Source of the DNA: Octopus vulgaris
Taxonomy: Eukaryota
Direction of reading: 5' to 3'
Assembly (NCBI GenBank): GCA_951406725.2
Contig: OX597818.1
Span: 53,630,001-53,694,000, forward strand
Length of the DNA: 64,000 bases
In this document: positions 1-13,764 of the stretch, one piece after another
Layout of the letters: every line of letters starts with the position of its first letter
How positions within the stretch are numbered: the stretch's first letter is position 1
Program-made: the position numbers and the translations under genes
Notes under the pieces: generated by a model
Told to the model about the DNA's origin: nothing
Database searches by the model: none
What the model saw: only the letters and a program-made list of their open reading frames with translations

Positions 1-8
1 TAATAATA

Positions 9-39
<31 letters not shown>

Positions 40-71
40 TGATAATAATGATAATGATAATAATAATAATG

Positions 72-107
<36 letters not shown>

Positions 108-109
108 TA

Positions 110-146
<37 letters not shown>

Positions 147-185
147 AATAATAATGATAATGATAATAATGATAATAATAATAAT
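1..185. repeat. (TAA/TGA)n microsatellite
   Basis: Direct trinucleotide repeat. Confidence 0.97.
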
Positions 186-1718
186 GGTTTCAAATTTTGC
201 CTAAAAGGCAGCAATTTTGGGGGAGGGGGTTGTCGATTACTTGGACCCCAGTACTTGACTGGTACTTCCAAATTGCCAATTTATGTGCCCAAACAATAGC
301 AATACATGTGTTGCTTCTGATTCATTCGAGTTCGTAAGCCACTGAGTGAAACCATATTCTTCAACTTGTAATTCCCCACGAAACTCCAGAAAGCCAAATT
401 TTCAAACTATTTCAGCTACATTACAGTTCTACAGCTCATATTTCCCTGCTGTCTTGTCCATATCAAGTCGGTCTTACAATGTGGAGTCTATCGCTCTTAA
501 ACAGAGCTAATTCAGGATAGACTAGGAACCACACACAATAAGCTCTTTATTCATCTTTTCTTCTACCACATCTCCCTTTTTCTTTATTCCTACAACTATT
601 AATAGTTATGTGTCCAATTCACTGCTTAGGAATCGGACCAAATCCGTATGTTCATACAAAAAAAAAACAACTTAACACAAACAGGTCAAAGAATGATGAC
701 GTCAGCAAAGAACTGACCACTCAAGTTTCTGGTCGAAACAGAATGTAATTCACATTTTAATCTGTTGTACATTTTCTTTGACAGACATTTGCTAGTTTGT
801 CTATCTACTAACTATATAGTGGTGGTAGCTCAGCCAAAACCAACGGCACCACTTATCTTCGGCTACGGAATGCGCTGACGACTTCACTTCACTCAAAAAC
901 GGTCCCTACCATTACTGACTCACGTCTTACACGGACCCTAAACTGCTTTATTTGGCTTAAGTATATTCTTATTTTCCTGTCGTTCGACGCGAGAACATTT
1001 CTGATAGCAAAAAAAATAACTATTTTGTATTTGGAACTTCACACAGACTTTAGACTATCTCTCAAACAAACCAAAATATTCTTCAAAACAGTTACGTCAT
1101 TATATTGGGTTGTGTTTGAACAAAGCCGCCTCAGTAACTATACTTATTTGCTAATAATGTCATGTTGATTGGCACTTGAGACACTTGTGTAGCTTTAGAA
1201 ATAGATTTTATTCTACAGTGAACTCTTGACATTTTCCTTTCAATGAACGGAATATTTATTTGAACATCAAAACAACTTGTCGTTAATGTACTTTAGAATT
1301 TTAAATTCATAGACAGGTACACATTCATCCAGTGTATATCAGTATCACTGTGGACATTGATTTTTATACGTTCATATATTTATTTTGCCGTCATACACAC
1401 AAAGTTCATTTTGAACTACTGACATCTGGTTTCGCCCTGCCGCTACAGATACGAATTCCTTCTTGTAAACTTTAAAATAAGCTTCTTCACCTTACATATA
1501 ATGAATAGCCGCTGACTGACATCACATCCCCAAACCACGTGATTGTCTGAAAGTCCGGCGAACTTAATTGAGTGCCAGTCACTTCTTTCCAATCAGCTGT
1601 ATGTATGATTCCGACCAAAGTGTTGATGGAATGAAATCGTATTCGAATGCAACCCTGTTTATTTTACATATGACTAATACACACGTACGCACCCGTACAC
1701 ATACATGGTTTTGCATAT

Positions 1719-1767
<49 letters not shown>

Positions 1768-1769
<2 letters not shown>

Positions 1770-1964
1770 AAAGTAAGCATATAAATGTGAAACAAGGCGG
1801 GCAAAAATAGTACTCGAATACCGGAGGCAGAGTAATATGCTTTATTATTATTAAAACTGCAAAAACAATACAAAAATATCACAAAAACTGCTACTAAGAG
1901 TTTCACGCTCCTGTTCCTCGGACAGTTTACATTGTAATTTTTTTACGGCTGTAATAATAATAAA

Positions 1965-1965
<1 letters not shown>
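1768..1965 (-). mobile_element. Short repeat between (TA)n tracts carrying a hammerhead motif (probable PLE-derived end)
   Basis: Flanked on both sides by (TA)n; contains the hammerhead fold at 1888-1925. Confidence 0.5.
1888..1925 (-). ncRNA. Minimal type I hammerhead ribozyme-like motif, U4C core
   Basis: Minus strand CUGU-CCGAGGA-ACaggagcGU-GAAA-CUcuuAG-UA/GCAG; stem I CUGU:GCAG, stem III CU:AG, stem II weak (2 bp). Confidence 0.6.
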
Positions 1966-2025
<60 letters not shown>

Positions 2026-2138
2026 CACACGCACTATATATTTGGTGTTACTTTGCTTCAGTATTATTTATTTTTTACATTAAACTTAATCTTATTTCGG
2101 CCAGAGTTCTTTCGTCACACTCCTGTGTGTGTATATAT

Positions 2139-2448
<310 letters not shown>

Positions 2449-2964
2449 CTGACTAAGCTATTGACAAGCAATAATATTTATATTATTAAACTATCGTGAG
2501 GTATGGATTCATTCTATGAAGAAATCAACGCGTGTGTTTGTGTGCGAGCACGCGTATGTATTTGGTTTGCACTTTTTTTTATAGCGCAAGTTATTTCAAA
2601 GACATAGAACTCACTCTTATTTAGCACGCCGAAATATGTGCTGGGTTCGTTAAATCACTACATAATTGCAGCGAAGAAACGGGCAAATGGAATAACTAAA
2701 ATATGAAGTCAATGTACGCTGTCAGATTTACGATTTTGCCTTGACCAACTCTCAGACATAAACATTTATCCTGTAACCGAATTCCATATCGTGATAACAT
2801 AAGAACGCTGAGAACATATATATTTTCGACAACTTCATTAATATTATTTATGGAAGTGTTTTGTTAAGCTGCAGTTTGTTTCTGTCTTGGGATACAATCA
2901 AACAAATGCGAAATTCGTTTTTAGTTGTTGAATATATTATATTCACATATCATACATACATACA

Positions 2965-2998
<34 letters not shown>

Positions 2999-3173
2999 GG
3001 CGCAGGAGTAGCTGTACGGCAAGTAGCCTGCTTACGAACCACATAGTTCCGGGTTCAGTCCCACTGCGTGGCACTTTGGGCAAGTGTCTTCTCCTATAGC
3101 CTTGGGCCGACCAAAGCCTTGTGAGTGGATTTGGTAGACGGAAAATGAAAGAAGCCTGTCATATATATGTATG

Positions 3174-3227
<54 letters not shown>

Positions 3228-3439
3228 TATGTATGTGTGTTTATGTGTTTGTCTCCCCAACATTGCTTGACAACCGATGCTGGTGTGTTTAGGTCCCCGT
3301 AACTTAGCGGTTCGGCAAAAAGAGACCGATAGAATAAGTACTCGGCTTACAAAGAATAAGTCCCGGGGTCGATTTGATTCGATTAAAGGCGGTGCTCCAG
3401 CATGGCCGCAGTCAAATGACTGAAACAAGTAAAAGAGTA
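2999..3439 (+). mobile_element. SINE family B (tRNA head, CORE-like segment, internal TA/TG microsatellite, AAGTAAAAGAG tail)
   Basis: B-box-like GGTTCAGTCCC, GGCACTTTGGGCAAGT segment; more than 10 copies in the window. Confidence 0.88.
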
Positions 3440-3457
3440 TATACATACATGCATATA

Positions 3458-3620
3458 GGCGTGTCTGTGTGGTAAGAAGCTTGCTTCCAAACAACATGGC
3501 TCTGGGTTCAGTACTACTGCGTAATACCTTAGGCAAGTGTCTTATACTATAGCCTTGCGCTGACCAAAGCGTTGTGAGTGGATTTGGTAGATAGAAACTG
3601 AAAGAAGACCGTCGTATGTA
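3458..3620 (+). mobile_element. SINE family B, 5' half
   Basis: Diverged copy of 2999-3160. Confidence 0.8.
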
Positions 3621-3664
3621 TATGTATATATATAATGATAATAATAATAATATATATGCATATA

Positions 3665-4375
3665 TGGGTACAGGACGTCACCAGCTGTCCAAAGAACATG
3701 AAATACGTAAGCAAACTAGTTAAATACGTAAACAACGAGAGCAAAAAACTGGAAAACGGGATAGGTAAACGCAGTTGTCGGTTGTCTATCTACTCCTCAT
3801 TTCGAGCATTCAACGATAATATGAGTCTTCAAAGACAGTTGCTCCCATAAATTCTAACTTAGAACTTAGGATTTATGGAGGGTCAAAGTTGGGACTAAAA
3901 ACAGGACAGTGGAGTCATACAAGGAAACAGAACGAAAACAAATATTGAGGATTGTTCGACTAGAATGAGAGGAGAATAGTGAACGCTAGGAGAAATATTT
4001 TCTTTCAAAAGAGAAAAGATAGAAAAGAAAAAAACGTCCAGTCTTTTGAACGTCCGTGCAGGAAAAGAAAGATGGTCACGCGAGGAAAGAAAAATGGACG
4101 ATGGTCGTGCGTAAGCAACAAGAGATAGAAAAAGAGAAAAAAATGGAGAGAGAGTGATAGAAAACAGTGAAAGAGGGAGAAGCAGAAAAAAGGGAATTAG
4201 AGAAGGTTGGAGGATTTATGGGAGCAACTGTCGTTGAATGTTCAAAATGAGGAGTAGATAGACACTGACAACTGATGAAGGGTCCTTTCTCTGTGTTTAT
4301 CTGTTCTGTTTTCCATTTTCTCTCGTTTTTTTTTACGTATTTAACTCGTTTGTTTACGTATTTCATGTTGTTTGC
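3665..4375. mobile_element. Element with about 160-bp inverted terminal repeats (probable PLE derivative)
   Basis: 3690-3852 is the reverse complement of 4215-4375 (e.g. CAGTTGCTCCCATAAA / TTTATGGGAGCAACTG); flanked by TA/TG tracts. Confidence 0.55.
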
Positions 4376-5853
4376 ATAATTTGTTTGTGCGTGTGCGTAT
4401 GTGTGTGTGAGAGAGAGAGAAAGAGTAAGAGATAGAGAGCCAGAGAGAGGAGAAATAAGTGGGTGAGTGAATGACTGAGTGAGCGAAAAATCGTGCGAAA
4501 AGAGACAGCTTAGCCAGGGCTATTTGTGACAGCGAAGAAACGATGAAACAATCGTATGTTCTTAAAATGCCAAAACATGGGTCGCAGACTAGTCGCCTTT
4601 GATTGGGTAAAACAATAAATGGCACAATGACGAAACTAAAATATCAGCTGTTAGAGACTACGTCATTGACTCGTCATAAACTTATTAAATTGATTGATTG
4701 ATCTGGTAATGATTTCATACGAAGCTCTGATAAGATCTTAAATTCTAGAATGTTCCTTTTTTATTGCTTATTCAGAAGGTAGAAGCCATACCCATAACAC
4801 TATACAGGGTCTCCGAAACTGCAGGGAGTAACTAAGACTTCATTCTCAAACCGGAGGCATAATTCGAATATTTGAAACAAGATGAACTCCATTAAAGTCA
4901 CACGAGATACCTGATGGTGGTATTAAAGCGGGAGGTGTATTAAATCTACCATCCGTGTAGGCTATCGTAGGATTTGGATTCAGAGCGTAAAGAACCAGAA
5001 CAAATTACTGCAAGGAATCCGGTCCAACCTTCTTACAGCTCCACCAATTCCCTGTCTTAAACTGATTTATGTTTTAACAATCCGAAACGCTGAAAGGAAA
5101 GTTTACCACGGCAGAAATTGAACTCCGAGCGCAGTAAGTCGGAACAAATACCACAAGATATTCTGTCCGACGTTCGAATGACTCTGCTAGTTTGCCATTG
5201 CATCAGAAAGTTTCTTTATTTAACGACACGATTCATTAATTAAATCATTTAAAAAACCATTAGTTTAATTAGCATTTTTTGTAATTTGAGAGGAAGAATT
5301 TCAATTTCGCTTTTCTTCTCATTAAAGTCACTTTTTGGCAGCGCGTTAGTTGTTATTGTTTAGCTCCAGAATAGCCCTCTAGGTAGTCTCAAGATAGCCC
5401 CAACTCACACATACATTTAGTCAGAAGTGTTAGGACCGTAAACGTCTCGTTTTTAGTCAGACATAGCTAGAACTACATTATATAATGGACAGTAGGATTT
5501 GATTTGAGGGAGAGTTGATTCCTATATCTCGCATGTCAAGAATCCACGTTGTGGTCTCTACATTAAATTGTCAATTATGTCATCATATGTGATTGACCGC
5601 TATAGAACTGCTATAATAGCTATCTTTAGTCACGACTATCAGTTTCATTGGCTAATTGGTCGGTTGCGTGGTTGGGTGGTTGGTTGTTATTTTTGTTGTT
5701 GCTGTTGTTTTACTCCAGGACAATTATGAAAGAAGAGATCTACAATCAAATGCAGTACAGTTAGGTACATATTGTCTTTTTTTAGGACTATACCGTGGAC
5801 TACAAAGCAGGTCGCACCACAGAGCGAAGACTACTATTGATGTTGCTGATGCT

Positions 5854-6418
5854 AAGGCGGTAAGCTGGCGGAAACGTTAGCACGCCGGGCGAAATGCTTA
5901 GCAGTATTTCGTCTGCCGTTACGTTCTGAGTCCAAATTCCGCCGAGGTCGACTTTGCCTTTCATCCTTTCGGGGTCGATTAAATAAATACCAGTTACGTA
6001 CTGGGGTCGATGTAATCGACTTAATCCGTTTGTCTGTCCATGTTTGTCCCCTCTCTGTTTAGCCCCTTGTGGGTAGTAAAGAAATAGGTATTTTGTCTGC
6101 CACTACGTTCTGAGTTCAAATTCCGTCGAGGTCGACTTTGCCTTTCATCCTTTCGGGGTCGATTAAATAAATACCAGATACGCACTGGGGTCGATGTAAT
6201 CGACTTAATCCCTTTGTCTGTCCCCTCTGTGTTTAGCCCCTTGTGGGTAGTAAAGAAATAGGTATTTCGTCTGTTTTTACGTTCTGAGTTCAAATTCTGC
6301 CGAGGTAGACGTTGCCTTTCATTCTTTACTACTGGGGTCGATGTAATCGACTTAATCCACTTATCTCTCCTTGTTTGTACCCCCTGTGTTTAGCCCCTTG
6401 TGGGTAGAAAAGAAATAG
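5854..6418 (+). mobile_element. SINE family A trimer (one tRNA-like head, 3 body units)
   Basis: Head GGCGGTAAGCTGGCGGAAACGTTAG, B-box-like GAGTTCAAATTCC, core GCCTTTCATCCTTTCGGGGTCGAT; TSD GATGCTA. Confidence 0.9.
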
Positions 6419-7094
6419 ATGCTAGAGATAGTAATTTCGTTGTTGTTGTTGTTTTTACTGTCGTTCCTCAGTCTCAGGTCGTCTGTAATTGAACAGACTT
6501 ATGAGCAAAAAAGTTCTAGCTGTGACTATCTTCTCTTTTGTTTAGACATGCATTCTTTTATTTGTAGGTCAGTAAGAAAGAAGATTTACCGAAATGTGGT
6601 TGCTATTTCACGCAGACTAAGCAACCATAATGTCTTGTGATTGGTTAGTTTAGTAGTTTGGCGTCATAGGTTGTTTGGTTACTCCTGAAATAATAAACAA
6701 ATTTATACGTTACAACTACGCCTTAACAAACGTTACTCCTACGTAGTGTGTCGCACAAGATAAAACACCTCAACTTTATCATAATGTCCAATCGCTTCAT
6801 AAAAGATGAGAAAACATCTTACTTAACAAACAAAAGACAAACAGACATCAATTTAAAAAAAAGGAAGCTTTTTCAAAATCTTGTCTAACTTGTGCACGAT
6901 TTGACAGAAATAACATTAGTAGTTTGTTACTTTGAATATGTGTTACTTGTAGTTTTTCGTTAATCGCTTATCTATGGAAGATGTGTTACTTACTTTACCA
7001 TTTGTCGTGAACTTTTAAACGTAATGATGTTGTATTTTGATGTATGTAGTTTACATCTGCAGATGAGAGTAAGGGACAACAAAGCTGTCAAATT

Positions 7095-7505
7095 AACAGA
7101 AAAATCAGTAACGAAGCGCCATATCTGGTGCAAAAATCACCTCCCTCCGACAAGTCATTCTAACGAGACGTCTGCGTTGGCTGTGTCATGCCCTCCGTCG
7201 TTAGCCAGGAGAATTCATCTACGAAGCAATTGCCCCAGCTCCCCTTCAGGGTTGGCGAAAGCGATGTGGTGGACAACGAAAAACCTGGCTGATGACAGTC
7301 AAGGCTGACCTGGAACCCAACCTAGCCCCCCCCCCCCCCCCATATCTACGGCGTTCGCCGCTGGAATAAGGAGTGGTTGGAGATCACGCGGTCGTTAGCC
7401 TCAAATCGCCAGGCCTGGTCGGCGTTTATGAGAGATGCAGCATTGAGGATGAATGAAACCAGCTCAATCCACCCCGGGTGAATGCTGTCTCAAGACAAGA
7501 CAAGA
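7095..7505 (+). mobile_element. RTE-clade LINE 3' fragment (decayed)
   Basis: Translation across a frameshift: KISNE...RRLRWLCHALRR...GWRKRCGGQRKTW...LASNRQAWSAFMRD; (CAAGA)n tail. Confidence 0.8.
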
Positions 7506-7822
7506 GATATCTGGTAATATTATCTCCATATCATCGTTAGACCTGTAACAATTGATGATCAAACAACCCATCTTCTTTAAAAAAATGAATGGATTGGATG
7601 ATATAGACCAGGATAGACTATTGCAAGAGAAACAGAAGAGTCGGTCACGGATGGAATCATATGTCAACTCAAAAGGGGTTGACTTAAGGTTCCACAACCA
7701 TAATACTGATGATAACCACAGCATAAACCTTGTCTTGGAGACCACAACTACTGATACAGTCTTAGGGCCTAAAATATTGATGGTGTCTTGATCCTTTACA
7801 TCCCAAATCTTCTCCAGCCGCT

Positions 7823-8388
7823 AGTGGAGGCGCAATGGCCCAGTGGTTAGGGCAGCGGACTCGCGGTCGTAAGAACGCGGTTTCGATTCCCAGACCCGGC
7901 ATTGTGAGTATTTATTGAGCAAAAACACCTAAGCTCCACGAGGCTCTGGCAGGGGGCGGGTCGAACCCCGCTGTACTCTTTCACCACAACTTTCCCTCAC
8001 TCTTTCTTCCTACTTTCTGCCACAAAGCAGAGGAACCATGATGTAACCCACTATGGTGTGGTAAACTTTCAGACCCTAGTCTAGATTGCGAATCCTCTGT
8101 ACCACAGGATGGTTCAGCTCTCCACCCGTTAAAAGCCACCGTTTACAGAATGAGGATAACAACGTAGCTTTCGCACCCGTGCAACCGCCAATCTATCGCG
8201 TGTGGCGGGTGGATCTTCAAGTTGCCGCACACATTCTTAGTAGCTTAGAGTAGGCTCGAATTAGAGATTATTCTCTGTGGCTAATGGCGTGAGTCCTAAT
8301 TGAAAGAAGAAGAAGAAGAAGAAGAAGAAGAAGAAGAAGAAGAAGAAGAAGAAGAAGAAGAAGAAGAAGAAGAAGAAGAAGAAGAACC
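7823..8388 (+). mobile_element. SINE family C with long body and (GAA)n tail
   Basis: tRNA head TGGCCCAGTGG...GTTTCGATTCC; TSD CAGCCGCT; about 27 GAA units at 8303-8386. Confidence 0.82.
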
Positions 8389-8984
8389 ACAGCCGCTCTC
8401 TTCGAAAAAGAGGTACACGTACAGAACAGAAATTAAAAAGCGAGAGAAAACGATACGGCTCCAGTATATGACTGGTATTTCATTTATTGACACCGACAGG
8501 TTGAAAGACAAAGTGACCTCACTGGAATTTGAAAACTGAACACAAACACAGACACAACGAATACCACAAGGTATCTACACACGACGTGCTTAATGATCTG
8601 GACAATTCGCAACCTTAATACTACAAAAATAGTAACATTATTTACGAGTAAAGCTGCATGGTAAGCAGTAAAAGCGATAATTATTATTGGCAAATAAATT
8701 CTATAAATTTTCCTTCTCTGATTTTTCGACAACTGCAGCTGGAGCTCATAAAAGTTAACAAAAAAAAAAAAAGAAAAAGAAAGACTGGTTGAAAGAGATG
8801 ACAGCTTTCATTCATATGTTTTCTCACGAACAGCAGAAATGAAACTTTAGCGACAACAGTGATAACATTGTAGATAGCAATATGTTTGCATATATCTATC
8901 TATTGTATGTACTCTCATGCACGCACATACACACATATACATACATATATATTATAAATCTCCCTCTCTCACACACACACGGGC

Positions 8985-9078
8985 ACATACATATATATGC
9001 ATGTATATGTGTATATGCATACATATATATATATATACATATATATATACATATATATATATACATATATATATATAC

Positions 9079-9123
<45 letters not shown>

Positions 9124-9182
9124 TATATACATATATATACATATATATATACATATGCATATATATATACATATATATATAC

Positions 9183-9229
<47 letters not shown>

Positions 9230-9245
9230 TTTATATGCATATATA
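8985..9245. repeat. (TA)n/(TACA) compound microsatellite
   Basis: Direct. Confidence 0.95.
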
Positions 9246-9632
9246 GATACATATAACGCAGACAGACATATATACGTACACAAACATTTGAGGTCGCCAG
9301 GAAAGGTCATTAGATATTGTGAAGGTTATCATTTGCAGCTTGCAATAAAAAAAAACAAAAAAAAAACAGCATCGCCTGTAAAATTATCATCATTGTCAGT
9401 GGAATTAACAGAGAGAGTGACAATTACACGTGTTGAAACATCTATAACAGCAACGAACTAACAAGGGGACAGCTACGTGAGTCTACTAGAAATGGTAACC
9501 ATTCCTCTAATATTTTGGCTGGCCTTTATTTAATGTGCATTCATAGATGATATAAAAATGAGGTTTAAAAAATCCAAAACGCTATAAAAATACTTTCATT
9601 TATAGATTACATGGAAAATAAGCTATGGTTTC

Positions 9633-10358
9633 TATTTCTTTACTACCCACAAGGGGCTAAACACAGAAGGGTCAAACAAGGACAGACGAACGGATTAAGT
9701 CGATTACATCGACCCCAATGCGTAACTGGTACTTAATTAATCGACCCCGAAAGGATGAAAGGCAAAGTTGACCTCGGCGGAATTTGAACTCAGAACGTAG
9801 CGGCGGTCAAAATACCTGTTTCTTTACTACTCACAATGGGCTAAAGTCAGAAGGATCAAACAAGGACAGACGAACGGATTAAGTCGATTACATCGACCCC
9901 AGTGCGTAACTGGTACTTAATTTATCGACCCCGAAAGGATGAAAGGCAAAGTTGACCTCGGCGGAATTTGAACTCAGAACGTAGCGGCGGACGAAATACC
10001 TATTTCTTTACTACCCACATGGGGCTAAACACAGAGAGGACAAACAAGGACAGACAAACGGATTAAGTCAATTACATCGATCCCAGTGCGTAACTGGTAC
10101 TTAATTTATCGACCCCGGAAGGATGAAAGGCAAAATCGACCTCGGCGGAATTTGAACTCAGAACGTAGCGGCGGACGAAATACCTAGTTCTTTACTACCC
10201 ACATGGGGCTAGACACAGAGAGGACAAGCAAACGGATTAAGTCGATTATATCGACCCCAATGCGTAACTGGTACTTAATTTATCGACCCCGAAAGGATGA
10301 AAGGCAAAGTCGACCTCGGCGGAATTTGAACTCAGAACGTAACGGCAGACGAAATACT
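9633..10358 (-). mobile_element. SINE family A tetramer, 5'-truncated
   Basis: Four units of about 180 bp; TSD GCTATGGTTTC. Confidence 0.9.
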
Positions 10359-11155
10359 GCTATGGTTTCAAGCACATCTGGTTTCATTAAGTGGTTGCAG
10401 GTATCAAAAGATATAATCGTTTCGTATAATATGAGGAAGGATTAGAAGCTTGCAATTAAAATTAAGGAGTTATAAGAAAAAGGAAGCATAAAATTCACAT
10501 ATTTTATTTCCTGCTAACTTATTACGAAATTCTTAAAATTTCCCGTCGCTTGTAATCAGTTTAGTAGTAAGTCATTTGTTTCGGGAATTTTCCATATGAC
10601 ACACCCAGTGATTTATTAATTAAACATTTATGATATGAGATATTTCATTATGATATGAGACCATAGGTTATTTTCCATTTAATTTATTAATGAAAGTTAA
10701 TTCCATTACATTTGGGATTTTTTTTAAGCTCGTTTTTTTTATTTTTTATAATCTATCTATGCACGTTAAATAAAGGTGTGCTGAAAATAATTACAATCTG
10801 AAGGAAATTCGTGGAAGGTGTTGCTTTTGTTCTTTTCTTTGTAGAACGTTATGTTTTGCTCAAAACAAAACGAAAATCCGAAATGCCATCAAAATGCTTT
10901 CATAAACACACTTGCGTAGAAATATAAGATAATTTCTTTCTGCTAATGGTAATTATGCTGGAAATGTATAATACATCTGAATGCTGACTACATATTACTT
11001 TGTACTTGGTCCTCACCAGCTATTGCAAAAATTGAAAAACACAGCTCATCCAGAATGAAAGCGGTCGTTGACTCGGGAATATTGGTCAAGTGTTTACTGA
11101 AGAATACAGGGAACAGGAACACGCAGAACAAAAAAAAATTTAAGACCTCTATTCT

Positions 11156-11345
11156 AATTTCTTTTTTGCCCACAAGGGGCTAAACATAGAGGGGACAAAA
11201 AAGGAAAGACAAAGGGATAAAGTCGATTACATCGACCCCAGTGCGTAACTGGTACTTAATTTATCGACTCCGAAAGGATGAAAGGCAAAGTCGGCCTCGG
11301 CGAAATTTGAACTCAGAACGTAACGGCAGACGATATTGCCACTAA
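11156..11345 (-). mobile_element. SINE family A, truncated
   Basis: Similarity to the other family A copies. Confidence 0.85.
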
Positions 11346-11992
11346 GTAAGGGGTTTCGTGTCTTACAACACAAATCTTTATGCAGGCAACTCGACCGAGA
11401 TTGACCAAGCCTAAGCTTGTGTCCAAATGGCATTCTACTGACCCCACGGATCACCTGTTTTCAGTTATTTAGATGCTTTCTCAGAAGCCTTTACATTGTA
11501 CTTGATGACTCTTCTTCTACCCGTTCCTATAATTACCCGGTACTTAGAGGACGATCTACAAGCCCTCAACTGCCGAACACATTGTTCTCCCTCTCCTTAA
11601 CTTTTTCCTCTCTTGTGCCTCCTCTACCCTCTCCTCCCAAATCCCAGTTAATTCCAATAGAGTTAGCTGCTTTGTTGTCTTGAATATTATAATTTAAGGA
11701 TAAAAATCAATTTTACAAAATTATAATGAATTTGCAGTATCTCGGGAAATCCATTACGCCTGTATTTATTATTGGCATTATGACCCACTCAAGATTCAAC
11801 AAAACAGGTTTCAATAGATGAGTTCACATGAGTTCTAGTTTCAGCTGACGAGCTGTGGCCATACTGGGGCACCGCCATTTAAAATAATGCCTCGTCCCTG
11901 GGTGGGCATATGAATAAAACTGAATATGAATAAAACTGTATATGAATAAAACTAAATTATTAGGGGGAAATATTGACGTTAATATATTTTAT

Positions 11993-12244
11993 ACGCTTAT
12001 GAGTGGCTGTGTGGTAAGTAGCTTGCTTACCAAACATATGGCTCTGGGTTAGGTCCCACTGCGTGGTACCTTGGACAAGTGCCTTCTACTGTAGCCTCGG
12101 GCCGACCAAAGCCTTGTGAGTGGATTTGATAGACGGAAACTGAAAGAAGCCCATCGTATATATGTATATATATATATATATATTATATATATATATATAA
12201 TATTAGGGAAATAATATTTGGAAGCCTCTTAATGTGTTCTAATG

Positions 12245-12299
<55 letters not shown>

Positions 12300-12517
12300 G
12301 TGTGTGTATATGTTTGTGTGTCTGTGTTTGTTCCCACAACATCGCTTGACAACCGATGCTGGTGTGTTTACGTCCCCGTAACTTAGCGTTTCGGCAAAAG
12401 AGACCGATAGAATAAGTACTAGGCTTACAAAGAATAAGTCCTGTGGTCGATTTGCTCGACTAAAGGTGGTGCTCTAGCATGGCCACATTCAAATGACTGA
12501 AACAAGTAAAAGAGTAA
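11993..12517 (+). mobile_element. SINE family B
   Basis: Full head to tail; foreign insert in its internal TA tract. Confidence 0.88.
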
Positions 12518-12761
12518 AATTAATTTTTGTGAATCTCAGCACATATTAATGTCTTAATATCATTCGTTAGTGCATAAAGTAAATCATTCGTTATAAGACT
12601 TTATCATTCATTAAAGTACATAAAGTACATAAAGTAAATAAAGTACATCGAAGTACAAAGAATGGAATAGAGAAAACTGGAAAAGACGGTTAATCAATCA
12701 TGAAATTTAGCAAAAAGAAGTATTTTCTGTAAAAATGTGTAGATGAAAAATAACTGCATAA

Positions 12762-12908
<147 letters not shown>

Positions 12909-13186
12909 CAATAGATAAACAAATGTTGTAACTAATTTCACGGTGGTGTTGAGTGCTGTTTACATTGCAAATACGAGAATTTCGTGTGGACATTGAAATA
13001 ATAAACACGAATATAATAAACATCCAAGAAATACTCCATGAATGCTAATTCTTTTTTTTGTTGTTGTTGCCAGTTGGCTTATAATGTTTCTGTCTATACT
13101 AAAACATATTGTTAAAACTGGGGTTTGGCTTTTGACAAAAAAAAATTTGAAAAGGATAATCTACTTTGATATTTATATATATATAT

Positions 13187-13500
13187 AGGAGCACTTCGTC
13201 GGTTACGACGAGGTGGGTCCCAGCTGATACGATCAACGGAACAGCTTGCTCGTGAAATTAACATTCAAGTGGCTGAGCACTCCACAGACATGTGTGCTCT
13301 TAACGTAGTTCACGGGGAAATTCAGCGTGACAAGGCCGGCCCTTTGAAATACAGGTACAACTCATTTTTACCAGCTGAGTGGACTGGAGCAACGTGAAAT
13401 AAAGTGTCTTGCTCAAGGACACAACGCGTCGCCGGGAATCGAACTTACGACCTTACAATCGTGAGCCGAATGCCCTAACCACTAAGCCGCGTGCCTTCAT
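13187..13500 (-). mobile_element. SINE family D (tRNA head, GTGTCCTTGAGCAAGACACTT core)
   Basis: Minus strand GGCTTAGTGGTTAG...GTTCGATTCCC; related copies at 14558, 37888, 48630. Confidence 0.82.
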
Positions 13501-13764
13501 ATATTTATATATATATATAGAATTTAATGCACGAAAGTACTAGTTATACATATATATACATATACATACATATATATATATACATATACATACATATATA
13601 TATATATACATTATATACATATATATATATACACATATTATATATATATATACTTATATATATATATATACATATATATAGATATATATAGACATATATA
13701 TATATAACATATATATATATACATATATATATATACACATATATATACATATATAAATATGTTG

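Noticed and set aside
7062-7165. Apparent terminal exon after CTGCAG
   Set aside because: Overlaps RTE LINE motifs (ISNE, RRLRW)
8300-8539. Poly-Glu ORF
   Set aside because: It is the (GAA)n tail of a SINE
9633-10358. CRISPR-like regular array
   Set aside because: Whole units of about 180 bp repeat with no unique spacers, there are no cas genes, and the context is a eukaryotic SINE
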